64,000 bases of DNA, taken from positions 92,318,001-92,382,000 of the forward strand of contig NC_043004.1 of assembly GCF_006345805.1 (NCBI RefSeq), given 5' to 3'. The translations under genes and the position numbers were made by a program. A model generated the notes under the pieces. The model saw only the letters and a program-made list of their open reading frames with translations, ran no database searches and was not told the origin of the DNA. The DNA is from Octopus sinensis (Eukaryota). Shown in pieces: positions 39,541-53,448 of this stretch (within the stretch, counting starts at the first letter, position 1; every line of letters starts with the position of its first letter).

Positions 39541-41461
39541 GTCCTGACGAGTCATCGTGATATGTCGTCGTAACATGGCGTCGTGACGTGTGTTGTGATG
39601 TGTATTTAATAAATTATAGAGAGATCCAAAAGGAGAAGCTACGAGTCAGTCGAGGTTTGGACGTCTAGATGAGAACCACCAATCGAAGGGAAGAAAACGA
39701 CGCAAAAGAAGAACAAGAATTCACTGCCGTTAAATGACAATTTCTGCAATGAATTTTTGGTCATATTTATAATCAAACACATAAGAGTTGTTGCAATTGA
39801 ATTCTATATTTCCGGTAAGTTATTTATCTCCGTATCATGAAATCGAAGTATTTATCTCTTTTATGACTACAAATGACGTTTCTACAAGACTGCCATATTG
39901 CTATATTCTTAGTTGCATTGAAGTCTGTATTTCCGTTTAGTCACTTTTCTGCGTATCTTTGATAACGAAATATTCATCCCTATTTTGTTTTCATAAACTA
40001 ACAATTTTCGCAAGACGTCATCTGGTTATATTTATTCATGAAGTCCGTATTTGAAGTCAGCCATCTTTTCTTCGTATCTTGATACCGAGATATTTGCCTC
40101 TTTTTGTGGTAACAATCAAACAGTTTCCACACCAATATTTTCTAGGATTGTTGATGGAATTCTCTTGATTCTTTTAAAGGCATTTTCTTTATGCAATTAG
40201 AATTCAAGCATGATTAGTTTATTTGGTATTCTGTGCATATGTGTGCGCATTTATTATAAAATGTTGAGCGTTACTTAGGATTTTTGAAACAGGTGTCTTT
40301 TAAATCTGTAATTTAAAAAGTAGGAATTAGGTGTGTAAGTGCTATTCAAGGATATCAAGGGCAGAAACTGTTAGTTGGGATAAAAGATTTAGTTACGGTC
40401 ACATTTTAATCTTCGATCAAAAATGAAATAGAGAATGGAGGCTAACACCAAATACGGGTTAGAGTAGTTACGAATATAGTGTATACCACCAGGTGCAATA
40501 GGGAATGTTTAAAATACGTACAATGGATATAATTATATGACTTAATAGTTAAGAAGGGATCTTAAATTTTGAAAATTTCAACGGATTAGTATTTGTGTGA
40601 AGTGGTTGAAATGAAATCGAGGAGAGAAAAAAGACAATGTGGATCGGCTTAATGAAATCATCCCAAGATTATTATTTAACGCCAAAATTACACAGTATTA
40701 GTTGCATTGTTGAGTAATGAGATGTGATTCATGGTTTAAAATTGAACAATATAAAATTCGAAGTTGCATAAAATGATTAATTTGATTTCAATTTTAATTA
40801 GAATTTAAGTTAGTATATACTGTAAGTTAAGTTAGTTTTGGGGGGTACATGTGCAAATCTGCCTATATGAGGGATATTATTGATAAAAAATTGGTGGTTT
40901 TAAAGCTTTCAGGAATCTGTGGAAGTATGTGAAGTTATAAAATAATTAAATAAAATTAGTGTATAACGATATAAGTATAAAAACACACGAGAAGAATGCA
41001 TTCTTACAACAGAGAAAAACCAAAAACTAAAAAAAGCAGCGGAAAAAAGACAAATTTTGAGCTTCGATTATTTATGTGAGAAACAATTATTCTGAATGAT
41101 TATTGAAAGAAATATAGTGAATAAATACATAGTATATATACCAGGAAAGAGGAATTTCAAAATTCATTGTAGGAAATGACTAGATACTGTAAGATATGAG
41201 GAGAAGTTTAGTTAAGTCGGTATTAATTAAACTGTTGTCTAGGAATTCAAGATGAGTAACATAAATAGAACAAAATCTCGTTGAAAAAAGAATTTAAAGG
41301 TTAAGAATGATTGAGAATATTAGTATTTATTCAGTACGAGTCAAGTTATAAGTAAGTTTAAGAGTTGTAAGAGAGTTTAAAGTGGTTCTAATAAGGAATT
41401 ATACAACGGAGAAGCAGTAGTGATCCGACATAATAAAACCTCCACTAAGCGGTACTAAACT

Positions 41462-41745
41462 AATGCACTTGTTAAAATGTTTGAGTAGGTACGTCTTGGC
41501 TAATTATTATATAAATGGAAAGAAAATAGGTCATAGCAATAGATAACCATTAATTGAAACTATACAATGACTATAAGGAAAATTGTGATATGTATCCCGC
41601 CACAATGCACTTGTTAAAATGTTTGAGTAGGTACGTCTTGGCTAATTATTATATAAATGGAAAGAAAATAGGTCATAGCAATAGATAACCATTAATTGAA
41701 ACTATACAATGACTATAAGGAAAATTGTGATATGTATCCCGCCAC
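41462..41745. repeat. Perfect 142-bp tandem duplication
   Basis: 41462-41603 equals 41604-41745. Confidence 0.95.
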
Positions 41746-41975
41746 AACTCCCAGTCCTTGACCATTCTTCTAGGTACAGCTGAAGGAAACGAAGGAGAGA
41801 CTAACAGAGAAATTCCTGGTTTGACAACATCAAGGACTGGACTAGTCACAACACAGCGAATTTGCTATCCATGAAAAGAGATCAGTGGTGATGACTAACT
41901 ATGAAAGTGTCTAGAGTGATACCCCAGTGACCGCCTGCATCAGTTAAGTGATCTAATGTTGATGATGAAGGCATT
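41700..41975 (+). mobile_element. RTE-type LINE 3' remnant
   Basis: VSRHNSQSLTILLGTAEG..RRR..SWFDNIKDWT resembles GHV.RH.SL.KTILQGTVEG..W.DNIK.WT. Confidence 0.72.
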
Positions 41976-42669
41976 ATATACGGAAAAAAGAGTTGAGAGT
42001 ACATTACAGAAGAAAAATAATATGTTAGAGCATACAATGTTAGATATTATCAATAGCAGATCGAGAAAGAGAAATTCATGCTGGAAACGAGTTTAAGAAA
42101 TTATTGTATAGAAATAAAATCATCTCGGGAAATGATTTAGAAAGGAAATAGCCATAGAATGTACGTTGTGCACAGTTATGCAGAAAAAAACAGATATAGT
42201 AAGTTATGGATAATGTGAATAATAAGGATTCCTTTTATAAAATGATTTCTTTTATTTAATAAGAGTTCAAAACGATTATTTAGAATTAAATAAATGAATA
42301 AATAGAAGTTATAAGGCATTGAAATTAGTAATGAACGGGAATAAGTTAAATTTAAACAGCAAAAAAATAATAATGCTTAATCGAGCACAAGTTTAAAAAG
42401 CAATAAATAGGATTGTAAAAATTCATAGAAAGAGATATGAATACAGATCTACGCACAACGATGCAATCAGTAACCATATATATTAATTACGTAAATATAT
42501 AAATTCATATATGAACACACACATACGCATGTATTTATATACAGAGAGAGAAAGAGAAACAGAGTGAAAGAGATAGAGAGAGAAAGACATGCATGCAAGT
42601 ACACACATACAAGTAAATAGCGACATTTAGGTGCATAAAATGATTTATACATACGTACATTACTTTGAA

Positions 42670-43170
42670 ATGCCAAGTACGGTAATGGGGACGAAAGTTG
42701 CCCCGTCCTTGAAGGAAAAAAAATTGTCTTTACTCGAATTACTTTTTATCCGCATTTTCAATCCTTTTAAATTATAAACTGGAAATTTTTTCTTGATGAC
42801 TACTTCATATTTTGAAACGAAAGGAAGACCTTGCAAGATTCCTTGAATCAATAAATAGAATTCATGAATCGATCAATTACAACATAGAAATGAATGAAAG
42901 AGAACTTACTGGGGTTTTGTTTCTGTAATTCAGATAGTTAAAATAAATGCGACAGTTACAACCGATGCCTACACGAACGCACACCAATATTTTTATTCTA
43001 GATCTTCCCACCAATTCTATGTTAAAATGAACATCCTATTTAATCAGGGAAGACGTATCTACTCAATAGTTACGGACATCAATGGACGAGAGAAACGATA
43101 GATAGAACTAAATAAATTCCTTCAGAAACAAAAGTACGAAAATAAATTAGTAAGTCATCTTATAACTAAC
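42670..43170 (+). mobile_element. Penelope-like RT remnant, second family
   Basis: TVMGTKVAPS, WKFFLDDYFIF, and HQYFYSRSSH..NILFNQGRRI. Confidence 0.8.
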
Positions 43171-43572
43171 ACATAAGAAGCCCCAATCACAATGTTGGCA
43201 CAGACAAAAAAAAACATATATAATTCATTTATAGTCACCCATATTCCAATTATTTTTACAACAACCCCAAATGGATAACAAAAAACTGTAAACGCATACA
43301 CCTTTGACGTAAGTATAGTACAGAGACGTGTGCCAAGGCTGGTGACCGGCTTTTATCTGGAAACCACAGCTTGCTTCCATATAAACAGCCACAAATTCAA
43401 GACCATACAAGTCTCTATTACTATTTTTAACATTTAAAAGTAATAAACGTTCTCAATGTCGCTTTGCAAAAGGACATGTGTGTGGTAAGGCTTATGACTT
43501 GTAAAGCAGGTGTCGGGAGTTCGATCCTCCTTGTGGACTGGTACATAGCATATTTCGCTATAATACTTTTTA

Positions 43573-43950
43573 TAGGCACAGGCATGGGTGCGTTATAAGT
43601 TTGTTTCCCAACTACATTGTTCTGAGTTCAATCGTACTGCGTGGTACCATGGGCAAGTGTCTTCTACTATTGTCTCGGGCATACCAAAGCCTTGTGAGAG
43701 GATTTGATAGACGGAAACTGAAAGAAACCCGTTCTATATATATCCATGTCTGTGTATCTGTCTCCGGTGCACTATTTGACAACAGGTGTTGGTGTTTTTA
43801 CGTCCCCGTGACTTTGCAGTTCAACAAAAGAAACCGATAGAATAACTATTAGTACTTTAAAAAATTAGTGCTAGGGTTGATTCATTCGACTAAATATTTT
43901 TCAAGTCAGTACCCACCCAATCATGTCCGCAATCAAATGACTGAAACAGG
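43573..43950 (+). mobile_element. SINE family B, diverged
   Basis: Core ccatgggcaagtgtcttctactat and tail gactgaaaca. Confidence 0.75.
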
Positions 43951-43954
43951 CAAT

Positions 43955-44352
43955 CATCATCATCATCATCATCGTTTAACGTCCGCTTTCTATGCTAGCA
44001 TGGGTTGGACGATTTGACTGAGGTCTGGCGAACCAGATGACTGTACCAGACTCCAATCTGATCTGCCAGAGTTTCTACAGCTGGATGCCCTTCGTAACTC
44101 CAACAACTCCGAGAGTGTAGTGGGTGCTTTTTACGTGCCACCGGCACGAGGGCCAGTCAGGCGGTGCTGGTAACGGCCTCGCTCAAATGGTGCTTTTTAC
44201 GTTCCACCTGCACGGGAGACAGTCCAGCGGCACCGGCAACGACCTCGCTCGAATGATTTTTCACGTGCCACCAGCACAAGTGCCAATAAGGCGACGCAGG
44301 TAACGTTCACGCTCGAATGGTGATTTTTACGTGCCACCGGCACGGAGGCCAG
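43955..44352 (-). mobile_element. SINE-like repeat with (GAT)n tail and internal ~60-bp subrepeats
   Basis: ctggatgcccttc RTE-tail-like motif; four ttttacgtgccacc-type units. Confidence 0.7.
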
Positions 44353-45656
44353 AAATGTATATATATATATTGTTATGCAATATACTATACAGCAGTTAAT
44401 AAGGAAGAGTTAACAATTTTCCTGTCAGACTACTTTGTGTACATATTTTTGCTTCATTAATTTATTTTACAAAATAAAAAAGAAAATGATACAAGATCAT
44501 TCTATGCTGTCTTAATTAATTGATTTATTTATCTTATTTTGTTATCTCAACCGATTTTTGTCAACTTTTCAACATGGAAAGAAAAAATAAATTAGAAATG
44601 AAATGGATAAAAGAAAGGAAAAAGAAAACACAAATACTGAATTTCTTTTGCTTTCTTATCTCTTCAAATTAATTTACAAGCTTTCATATTTCCAATCCAT
44701 ATATTTGTTCTAACGTGTGAAAAGCTTTCATTCATATGAATAGAAGCATCTTTGAGGGGGTTTTTTGTCTTGTTTTCTTATTGTCGTAATCTCTTGGTTT
44801 TTCTTTTTCTTTCTGAAAACTTCATCTGTTGTGAATTGATTGAGAAGGTTAGAGGAAGAAATAAATCTGTCATATTTTAATCATTCAAGTTCATTTGCAG
44901 CCGCCGTTTCATTTGGGAGGACTGCTACCGCAACCAAAGTGTTTGATTCTTTGCTTTCTATTCTTGTTGTTATTGATATTGCTGCTTTGTTGTTGTTTTC
45001 TTACAACTTTTGATGTTGTTGTTACCGTTTAAACTCTTCCATATATGATCGATCAAAACCACGTTGTCCAATGATTTTTATTTTTTTGTTCATTGCCCGG
45101 TAGGATATCAATAGACGGGAATTTAACTAATATTCCTAGAGTTTCTCTTAATCATGCAGGAGCTTCTTAGTTCGCTCATTTTGTTGTTATTGTTGTTCTT
45201 AACATGTTGTTGCTGTTATTATTTATTTAGTCTATCGCCAGTTATGATGTAGCAGAATTTGATCAAAAGCGTTCAACCTGTAGCCATTCTGCCTGTTATA
45301 TTTTTTCTCAAAGAGAATGTATAATTTAAGTTTACCTTATCTGTCATATATTTCGTTTTTAAATAACAAGATTTGGTGAGATTCGTCTAAGATTTTGCGA
45401 CTATTTCTTGCATATTAATCTAGTATATTTATCGTTGTTATTAACTATAGTGATATTGATGGTAGAGATGTTCATGATATTGACAGTGCTCTTGTTATTG
45501 CTTAGTTAAATCACAAGAACCTCGATAGCAGTAAGATTCGCGTTGAATTTCAGTAAAGTTTTTATACTTCCATAGTACCAGTTGCAGCTTTTGAGCGATA
45601 TTGATGAAATCTAAAAGATTACTAAAAAGGATGACATAGTGCTTCATATGATTACC

Positions 45657-46002
45657 TGATCTAAGACCCCCTTCGGTCACGACACAGACCATTGGATTGC
45701 ACCTAGAAAGTTACCCTCCCAGGCACAGGTCCGGGCAAGGTTGTTTATGGAAGACCAGCAGTCGCCCATGCATACCGGCCTCCCCTCTCCACGCCACCAG
45801 CGTTATACAAGGGAAAGGCAAAGGAGCTGATACAGCTTGGCACCTATGACGTCGCAACTCATTTCTATAGCTGAGCGAACTGGAGCAACCTGAAATAAAG
45901 TGTCTTGCTCAAGAACACAACACGCAGCCCGGTCCGGGATTCGAGCTCATAACCTCACGATCGTAAGCTCGACCCTCTAACCACTGAGCCATGTGCCTTC
46001 AC
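45657..46002 (-). mobile_element. SINE family D
   Basis: Reverse complement of 2788-3122; 9-bp TSD atgattacc at 45648-45656 and 46003-46011. Confidence 0.9.
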
Positions 46003-48195
46003 ATGATTACCAGCAACTAGAAATTGTAGGAACTTCGTAATACATAAAAAATTAAATATGAAAACAAAACACTATGCATCGTCTTCCTCGAATTCCTTAA
46101 TTTTAAATTGAAATTTCTAATCCTGCCTTTCGTTGTGAGGAGATATTTACCACCCTTGTATTAACCGCCACAACGCAGAGTACTCAGCATGTGAAAATGA
46201 TATAACATTAACGAAATATAGTTGATATTGTCATTGTTGTTCGTTCAACCTTGATCCAGTAGACCTTTGATGGAGAGTTTCAGCCACATCTCCGCCATCT
46301 TTTTGTTTATCTAGAACTATAAAGCCCAATATATTCCTTTTCTTTCCTTAGAGACCGTTGAAAATAATTTGAAAGAAATTTGGTTGGCATTTTTAATTTG
46401 CCATAAACAAATATGAACGGCTGTGACGATTCAAACCTCTCGATTCTAACGTGTTATTCCTGTCCACATCTTATAATGTGATTTTCTTTGTTGTTCAGCT
46501 TTTCATAGATATTGTGGTTTACAGTTATATGAGGCCAAAGTGAATAAAATGGTCTTAATGTGTATAGAAAGCATATTTAAGAACCCTATAAATCCTTTGA
46601 TGGCACATTAACGTAAATAACTTACTGTAAACACTCTGAAAGGATCTAAGGACGGAGACTGTTACTTAGACTGTTACAAATTAATGTAATAAGAAAAATC
46701 TCCATCACATCACACTATTTTATAAAACAAATTACAGAGAATAATGTAGTTCCTCTGAGACTATACATGACTAAAAGATTGTCTCGTCATGGCTTGAATA
46801 TCATTGATAATAGGCCTTCTGGACTAGAGCTAATTTAGAGATATACAATAATACTATGACAAATGATAATACTTCTAATTCCATTGACATATTCTAAAAA
46901 CTGTCTGTATATGAGTTTGTGTCTCTGTATGTCATTATTCAGTTTTATTTCAAGATTTCTTGCCAATATAGAAAGAGCCGGTTTCTAACCTAGATCGAAG
47001 GCTCCTTCATTGACATTTCAGCATCAACAACAGGATATGTATGTATGTATGTGTGTATGTATGTATATATGTATGTGTGTGTGTGTATGTAATGTTTTGT
47101 TTTATGCATGTATTCCCATGCATATACTTGCATATCTAGACATGGTCATATATACTTAAATGATAAAGTTCTGGAAAGTTTTACAGATTTTTACAGTTCC
47201 AGTGATGTCTAGGATCTGTAGTCTTCGAATGTATCTATGTAGGTAGGTTTGCATGAATGTATATATGTGTGTGTGCGCGTGAGTATTACATCTATATCAA
47301 GAAAATATGTTTGCGCTGATTGACAAAAAACAAACTGAAATCCAATGAACTAACTGAGAATTTAACTGGAATCGAACTACCGTATCCTTTATCAACAAAT
47401 TGGTATAAATACCGCGACCACATATACACTTTATCAAACGATATATATATCACCAGCCGCTACGTTAAATTTTATACATCTTCAAATGACTACGAAATTG
47501 ACTATGAACGATGATATTTATTAAGCCGGAAAGATTGCCATAGCTGTCACTTTCCTTCTTAACAAAGACCAGATTTCCACACACGCCCCCAAGTACGAAC
47601 ATTTAATTTTCCTTATAAGTTTCTAACATTATTTTGACTGTTGCTAGCAATTGCTACTGGGAGTTGGTTTTCTTTCTCGAAGAAGCAAATCAAAATTCAT
47701 TGAGAATTTTTGCGTACTTTATTTAGTACACCACCAGCTTCTTGAATTATATATTGTAAAACATATACTCCGGCTCACAACAAATTATTTCATTAGATAC
47801 ATGGTTCTTAGATCTGTTGCAATAACATTCTTGTGCATGCCTTTAATACTAGAAAAATCGAAAATCAATCTTCTTAATTTCCATTCAATTTCAAACGATG
47901 TCTGAAAGGTATGTCTTTGAAATTATTGTTTATATGCAAACCAATTTGCTTCAGATACTCACACAATCACACACACACACACACACACACATGTCAACAC
48001 GCAAGCACATACGCACACAAACCTGGATGACAATATGAATGTTAGTGTTTATGTGACAAAGTGTAATCCTATGAGTGCGTGCCTGTGTGCTTAAATATGC
48101 AAGTATATGTTTATTTTTATCTATGTATGAGTATATTTGTGTGCATGGGCTACGTATGATTTTGTATATACGAATGTGGGTTATGCACTTATACG

Positions 48196-48535
48196 CAATG
48201 GCCCCGGTTTCGATTCCCAGACCGGGTGTTGTGAGTGTTTATTAAGCGAAAACATCTAAAAGCTCCATGAGGCTCCGGCAGGGGGTGGTGGTGATCCCTG
48301 CTGTACTCTTTCACCACAACTTTCTCTCACTCTTACTTCCTGTTTCTGTTGTACCTGTATTTCAAAGGGCCGGCCTTGTCACTCTCTGTGTCACGCTGAA
48401 TATCCCCGAGAACTACGTTAAGGGTACACGTGTCTGTGGAGTGCTCAGCCACTTACACGTTAATTTCACGAGCAGGCTGTTCCGTTGATTCGGATCAACC
48501 GGAACCCTCATCGTCGTAATCGACGGAGTGCTTCC
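48196..48535 (+). mobile_element. SINE family C with deleted head
   Basis: Matches 34616-34996, lacking part of the tRNA-like region. Confidence 0.88.
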
Positions 48536-48610
48536 CATGCACTTATACTTACATAGAATAACTGCCTTCTGCACGACAACTTGATAGTTTAATCAGTGCA
48601 AGTATACTTG

Positions 48611-48935
48611 ATGTGGTAAGGAATGTATCTTATTTTCGCCCTTTTTAAGCCTAGCCAGGCTCATGGCCCCGGTTTCCCGGTTTCTGTGGAGTATATGTTC
48701 CTCCCAGCTGGGCGGGACGACAGTCCATAGCACCGTTACTCAAGAAACAGGAAGAGATAAAGTTGTGGCGAAAGAGTACAACAGAGGTCACCACCAACAA
48801 CTGCCGGAGCCTCGTGGAGCTCTTAGGTGTTTTCGCTCAATAAACACACACACAACACCCGGTTTGAGAATCGAAACCGCGATCCTCTGACCGCGAGTCC
48901 GCTGCCCTAACCACTGGGCCATTGCACCTCCACAA
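48611..48935 (-). mobile_element. SINE with family C head and alternative body
   Basis: Shares ggctcat.g..ccggtttcccggtttc with 14373-14645. Confidence 0.82.
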
Positions 48936-49940
48936 GGGAAGTATAATTAAATGATTAAAATTATACCTATCGCGAAAATGCATTAATTTTTTAAATTAAA
49001 AATTTTAGTTTAAAACGGAACCGGAAGCTAGTGTCACAGACATGATATCATCCTCAACTCTTAGTCGAAGCCAATAAAATGGTCTCGTGCATAGCATACA
49101 CAAAAGAATGCCGAATCTACTACTTCTAACGTTGGTTATCTTTTTCTTTGATATCTCACTATTTTACAAGTTTCGATAATTATTTAAGCGTTAGGAAAAA
49201 CCATACTGCACAATGTCGTCATATAAACACAAATGGCGAGATATTAAATATATATAGCACAAACATGAATAAAACCGCCATTTGTTTCTATATATAAAAA
49301 TTGTGCACTGTTTTCGGTATTGATATTTTAATCGACTTGTGTCTTAAAAACTATCCTAATTGCTAGTACATACATGTGTGTGCGTGTATGCGCACGTGTG
49401 TGCGTGTATGCGCACGTGTGTGCGTGTGTGTGTGTGTGTAAGAATTACACAACGTTAGGATCAATAACGATCCGAGGTAAGCTTATGAGCGGGTGATTTC
49501 AGTAAAACTCCTTTTGGGTTCGGCGTATGTAAAAACAAAACAGATACTCAGACTGCTCAACTTCGAACCACGGATAGTGCTTTACCTATACCATTAGTTA
49601 ATGAATTCTTTACACGAGTTGACTATTCCTATTTATATCTATACAACACACGGCACGATCATTGACCCCCGCCTGTTTAAAAGTTTTATGGCGCTACAAA
49701 AGTAAACCAGCGAAGAATGAAGCTACACAGAGATTCACTGCAACCTTCCCGTTGAGACGACATTTAAAGTCAAATACTAACAGTACTAAAATTTACATAG
49801 ACTCTGTCAAGGGCGTTTTCTTTGAAATATCGTTTTGAATATTGATAATTTGTTTACAATAAAATTGTTCACATATAAACATTGCACCAGACTGCTTTAT
49901 TTTATTCGATATAAGTGTATATATGTTTACATATACATTC

Positions 49941-50001
<61 letters not shown>

Positions 50002-50019
50002 ATGTATATATATATATAT

Positions 50020-50050
<31 letters not shown>

Positions 50051-50093
50051 ATATATATATATGAATGTATATGTATATATATACAGACATATG

Positions 50094-50178
<85 letters not shown>

Positions 50179-50380
50179 GTCTGTATGTGAGTGTGTGTTT
50201 TCAAATTGTTTCACATCACTGATTCTAAACTGATCTATTCATTATGATTTGAAATTATTCTGTATACGAAATCAATAAACGCTACATAACAAACTCTGTT
50301 TTATCTAGGCCAGCATTTGCTATATATACATACGCACAAATGTATATATTTGTAAGTGTACACACGCACACACACACACA

Positions 50381-50427
<47 letters not shown>

Positions 50428-50444
50428 CTTTTATCATTCATCTA

Positions 50445-51060
50445 TCTTTTACTTCTTTCAGTCATTGCACTGCGGCGATGCTGGGGCACCGCCTTGAAGG
50501 GCTTAGTGGAGCAAATCTACTCCAGCACTTAACTTCGTAGCTTGGTACTTATTCTATCTGTGTTTCTTTGACGAACCGCTAAGTTATGGAAGATGTAAAC
50601 TAACCAACACCGATTGTTAAGCGCTGATGGGGAGGACAATCCTCAAGCTCATATGTATGTATATGCAGGAGTGGCTGTGTGGTAAGTAGCTTGTTTACCA
50701 ACCACATGTTTCCGGGTTCAGTTCCACTGCGTGGCATCTTGGGCAAATGTCTTCTACTATAGCCTAGGGCCGACCAAAGCCTTGTGAGTGGATTTGGTAG
50801 ATGGAAACTGAAAGAAGCCCGTCGTATATATGTATATATATGTATGTGCGTGTATGTTTGTGTGTCTGTTAGTCCCGTAGCATTGCTTGACAACCGATGC
50901 TGGTGTGTTTATGTCCCCGTCACTTAGCGGTTCGGCAAAAGAGACCGATAGAATAAGTACTGGGCTTACAAAGAATAAGTCCTGGGGTCGAGTTGCTCGA
51001 CTAAAGGCGGTGGTCCAGTATGGCCGCAGTCAAAATGACTGAAACAGTAAAAAGAGAAAA
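50445..51060. mobile_element. Two family B SINEs: 3' fragment on minus (50445-50620) and full copy on plus (50665-51060)
   Basis: Both match family B, in opposite orientations. Confidence 0.88.
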
Positions 51061-51094
51061 AAAAAATTATATATATATATATATATATATATCA

Positions 51095-51480
51095 TCCGAC
51101 CGATTCCTGCACCATAAACTGATGTGGTCAAGCGCCAGCAACTCTATATTAATCGGTCAGTGTATTGTTGATGGAAGTTATATGTTGGCGTTTTATTCAG
51201 GTTTAGTGGAGGACAAAATCGACGGTGTCGTCGGGGTTACCTTGAATGTTGATGAATATTATCTGACTCCTACGTTACGTTCCGAAAGGAGATCTAGCCG
51301 GTGTCTACTTTTGCAGTACGACAGCAGGGCGTTACCTCTGTTTCAGATAAAGTTCACAGACACTGAAGTGCCCGTCAGCCATACCTGTCCGCACAAGCCT
51401 AGTGTTCGTGCATTATTGATTTGTAGTGTTATGTTGATCAGGACGTGCAGGACGGATCCGACTATCAGCTGAAGCAATTT
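51095..51480 (-). mobile_element. Decayed LINE AP-endonuclease region, RTE-like
   Basis: QINNARTL resembles T(F/W)N(A/V)RTL; STF.GNP.TT resembles ATFNGNP.TT. Confidence 0.5.
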
Positions 51481-52049
51481 TAAAAATTGTCCTGCCACCT
51501 ACTTTTGGTCGAAAGACCGGCAGTTTTTTATCTGTTAGTTGGTCTTATTTGGTGGACAAGACTGAAAGGTTGAAGAAAGACACCATTTCATTTGTCCAAG
51601 CTTTTCCATGTTACCCTTGAATCAACTTTTTCCTGTTACACCAGAATAGATAAATGAGAATGGAGAGGAAAGTGCTACCCCCAAAAAATCAGTTGAAAGA
51701 TGAATAATAGTAGAGTATGGTTCGACTTAAAGGACCTGCTCTCAGCATACGACTGTTGACTGGGGAAACACAGTTGGAAGAGGACACTTACCTTAGTGAT
51801 TAGAGCGACCGTGCTTTCGTAGGGTATCAACAAGTAGCACTCGGAGATCAATTCGCCTGTTTGGGTAAATTTTTCTCTGAATTTTTATTTTTTGTTATTT
51901 TTTCTTTACACGTTTTTGGAATCTCAAACTGAATGGCTCTGTACAGTCCTCGATTTTTTTTTCAACCTTTGTTGCTAATAAATAAATCATCATCATCATT
52001 ATAGTCATCATCATACGGGTAGAGGTAACAAATGGGTACATCGCTTCCG

Positions 52050-53150
52050 TCATCTATTACTATCTGATTGTCATCCCTTGCTCAGCTTCATGGCTGACCA
52101 AGCTTGCTTTTCCGCTTTTTGTGGAAGGGACGTATTCCGCTCATCAGGGTCATCTAATGTCAACAGCTGCTGCGTGGAAGAATGAGCATGCTATGGCTAC
52201 TGATGCGCAGACATGCACTGAGGCAACAATATGTCCAGCATTTTCATAAAGGTGAACAGGTGTGGTCACCGTTTGTCAAGCAGGATGTTCCTCAGCTTGT
52301 CACATTGATAGATACAGTCCTGGATCAAACGTATACAAAGAAAAGACACTTGGTACCTGGAGTATCGGTAAACACTTACAACTCTCTGCTAAGTGAGCAA
52401 CACGGTCGGTAGAAGTTCCACTAGAAAGTCTATAGGGGATTAGTGACGGGCAAGAGCGACGACGTCTTTGGGGAAACTCTGGGCGTCAGGAGGGAGTAAT
52501 TAGCTGGTCTTTTCCGGAGGACTTTTCGGTCGGAGCTGATGAATAACTTCCAGAAATCCCTGGTATATCAATGTTACCGGGAAGCTCTGCCGGTTCGAGA
52601 TAAACTCTACAGACACGGGAGTGCGGAGAGACGGACCTGTCCGAGGTGTGCGAAGAGCGACGAAACCGTCCTGCACTCACTTGTCCAGTATCCGTGCATT
52701 AGTGACTTGTGGAGCTTTGTCGAACAGCTGTTATCGCATGTTGGATGGATACAGTTACCAGCTAAGTCCATCGTGAAGATCGCCAAGGAAAGTGAGGGTA
52801 AAGGAGGAAGTTCTACGTCCCCAGTAAATTTGTTGAAATGCAGGTGTATGTGACGAGAATTGCCCATGTGAATGGGCCTACTCTGAACTTTGGTTTATAA
52901 ACAGGAAAGTTTGAGGAGAGAGGCGCTTTCTGAGGTGCACCTGGCAGCCTGAATAACCAGCTTGTGTGGCGTGCTGTGGTTGTCTCTGTGAGGAAGACTC
53001 CCCTCTTGGGGAATTTGTATTGTTTAATTTTGTTATTTGTTTTTGTTACTTGTTATATACACGACAGTGTTGAACACCCCATTTGTCCCTTGTATTGTAT
53101 TGTTCCTATTTGTTTTCTGTTCTGCGCTTGTGGCCAATGAAAGACAGTAT
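52050..53150 (+). mobile_element. Tx1/L1-type LINE 3' fragment with a zf-RVT-like motif and 3' UTR
   Basis: WLLMRRHALR; LPVRDKLYRHG..TCPRCAKSDETVLH; ends at gccaatgaaag followed by (ATT)n. Confidence 0.78.
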
Positions 53151-53219
53151 CATTATTATTATATTATTATTATTATTATTATTATTATATTATTATTATT
53201 ATTATTATTATTATTATCA

Positions 53220-53440
53220 TTAAGAAGGCGGTGCGCTGGCAGAATTGATAGTATGCCGGTGAAATGCTTAACGACATTTCGTCCGTCGTTACGTTCTTAG
53301 TACAAATACCGCCGTGGTCGACTTTGCCTTCATCCTGTGGGAGTCGACAAATTAAGTACCAATTACGCATTGGGTCGATGTAATCGGCTTACCCCTCCGG
53401 CCAAATGTCAGCCCTTGTGCTTATAGTAGAAAGGATTATT
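53220..53440 (+). mobile_element. SINE family A
   Basis: Family A head and body match. Confidence 0.8.
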
Positions 53441-53448
53441 ACTATTAT

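Noticed and set aside
39540-39590. CTGACGAgtc...gtaac..gtc
   Set aside because: Stems do not pair consistently.
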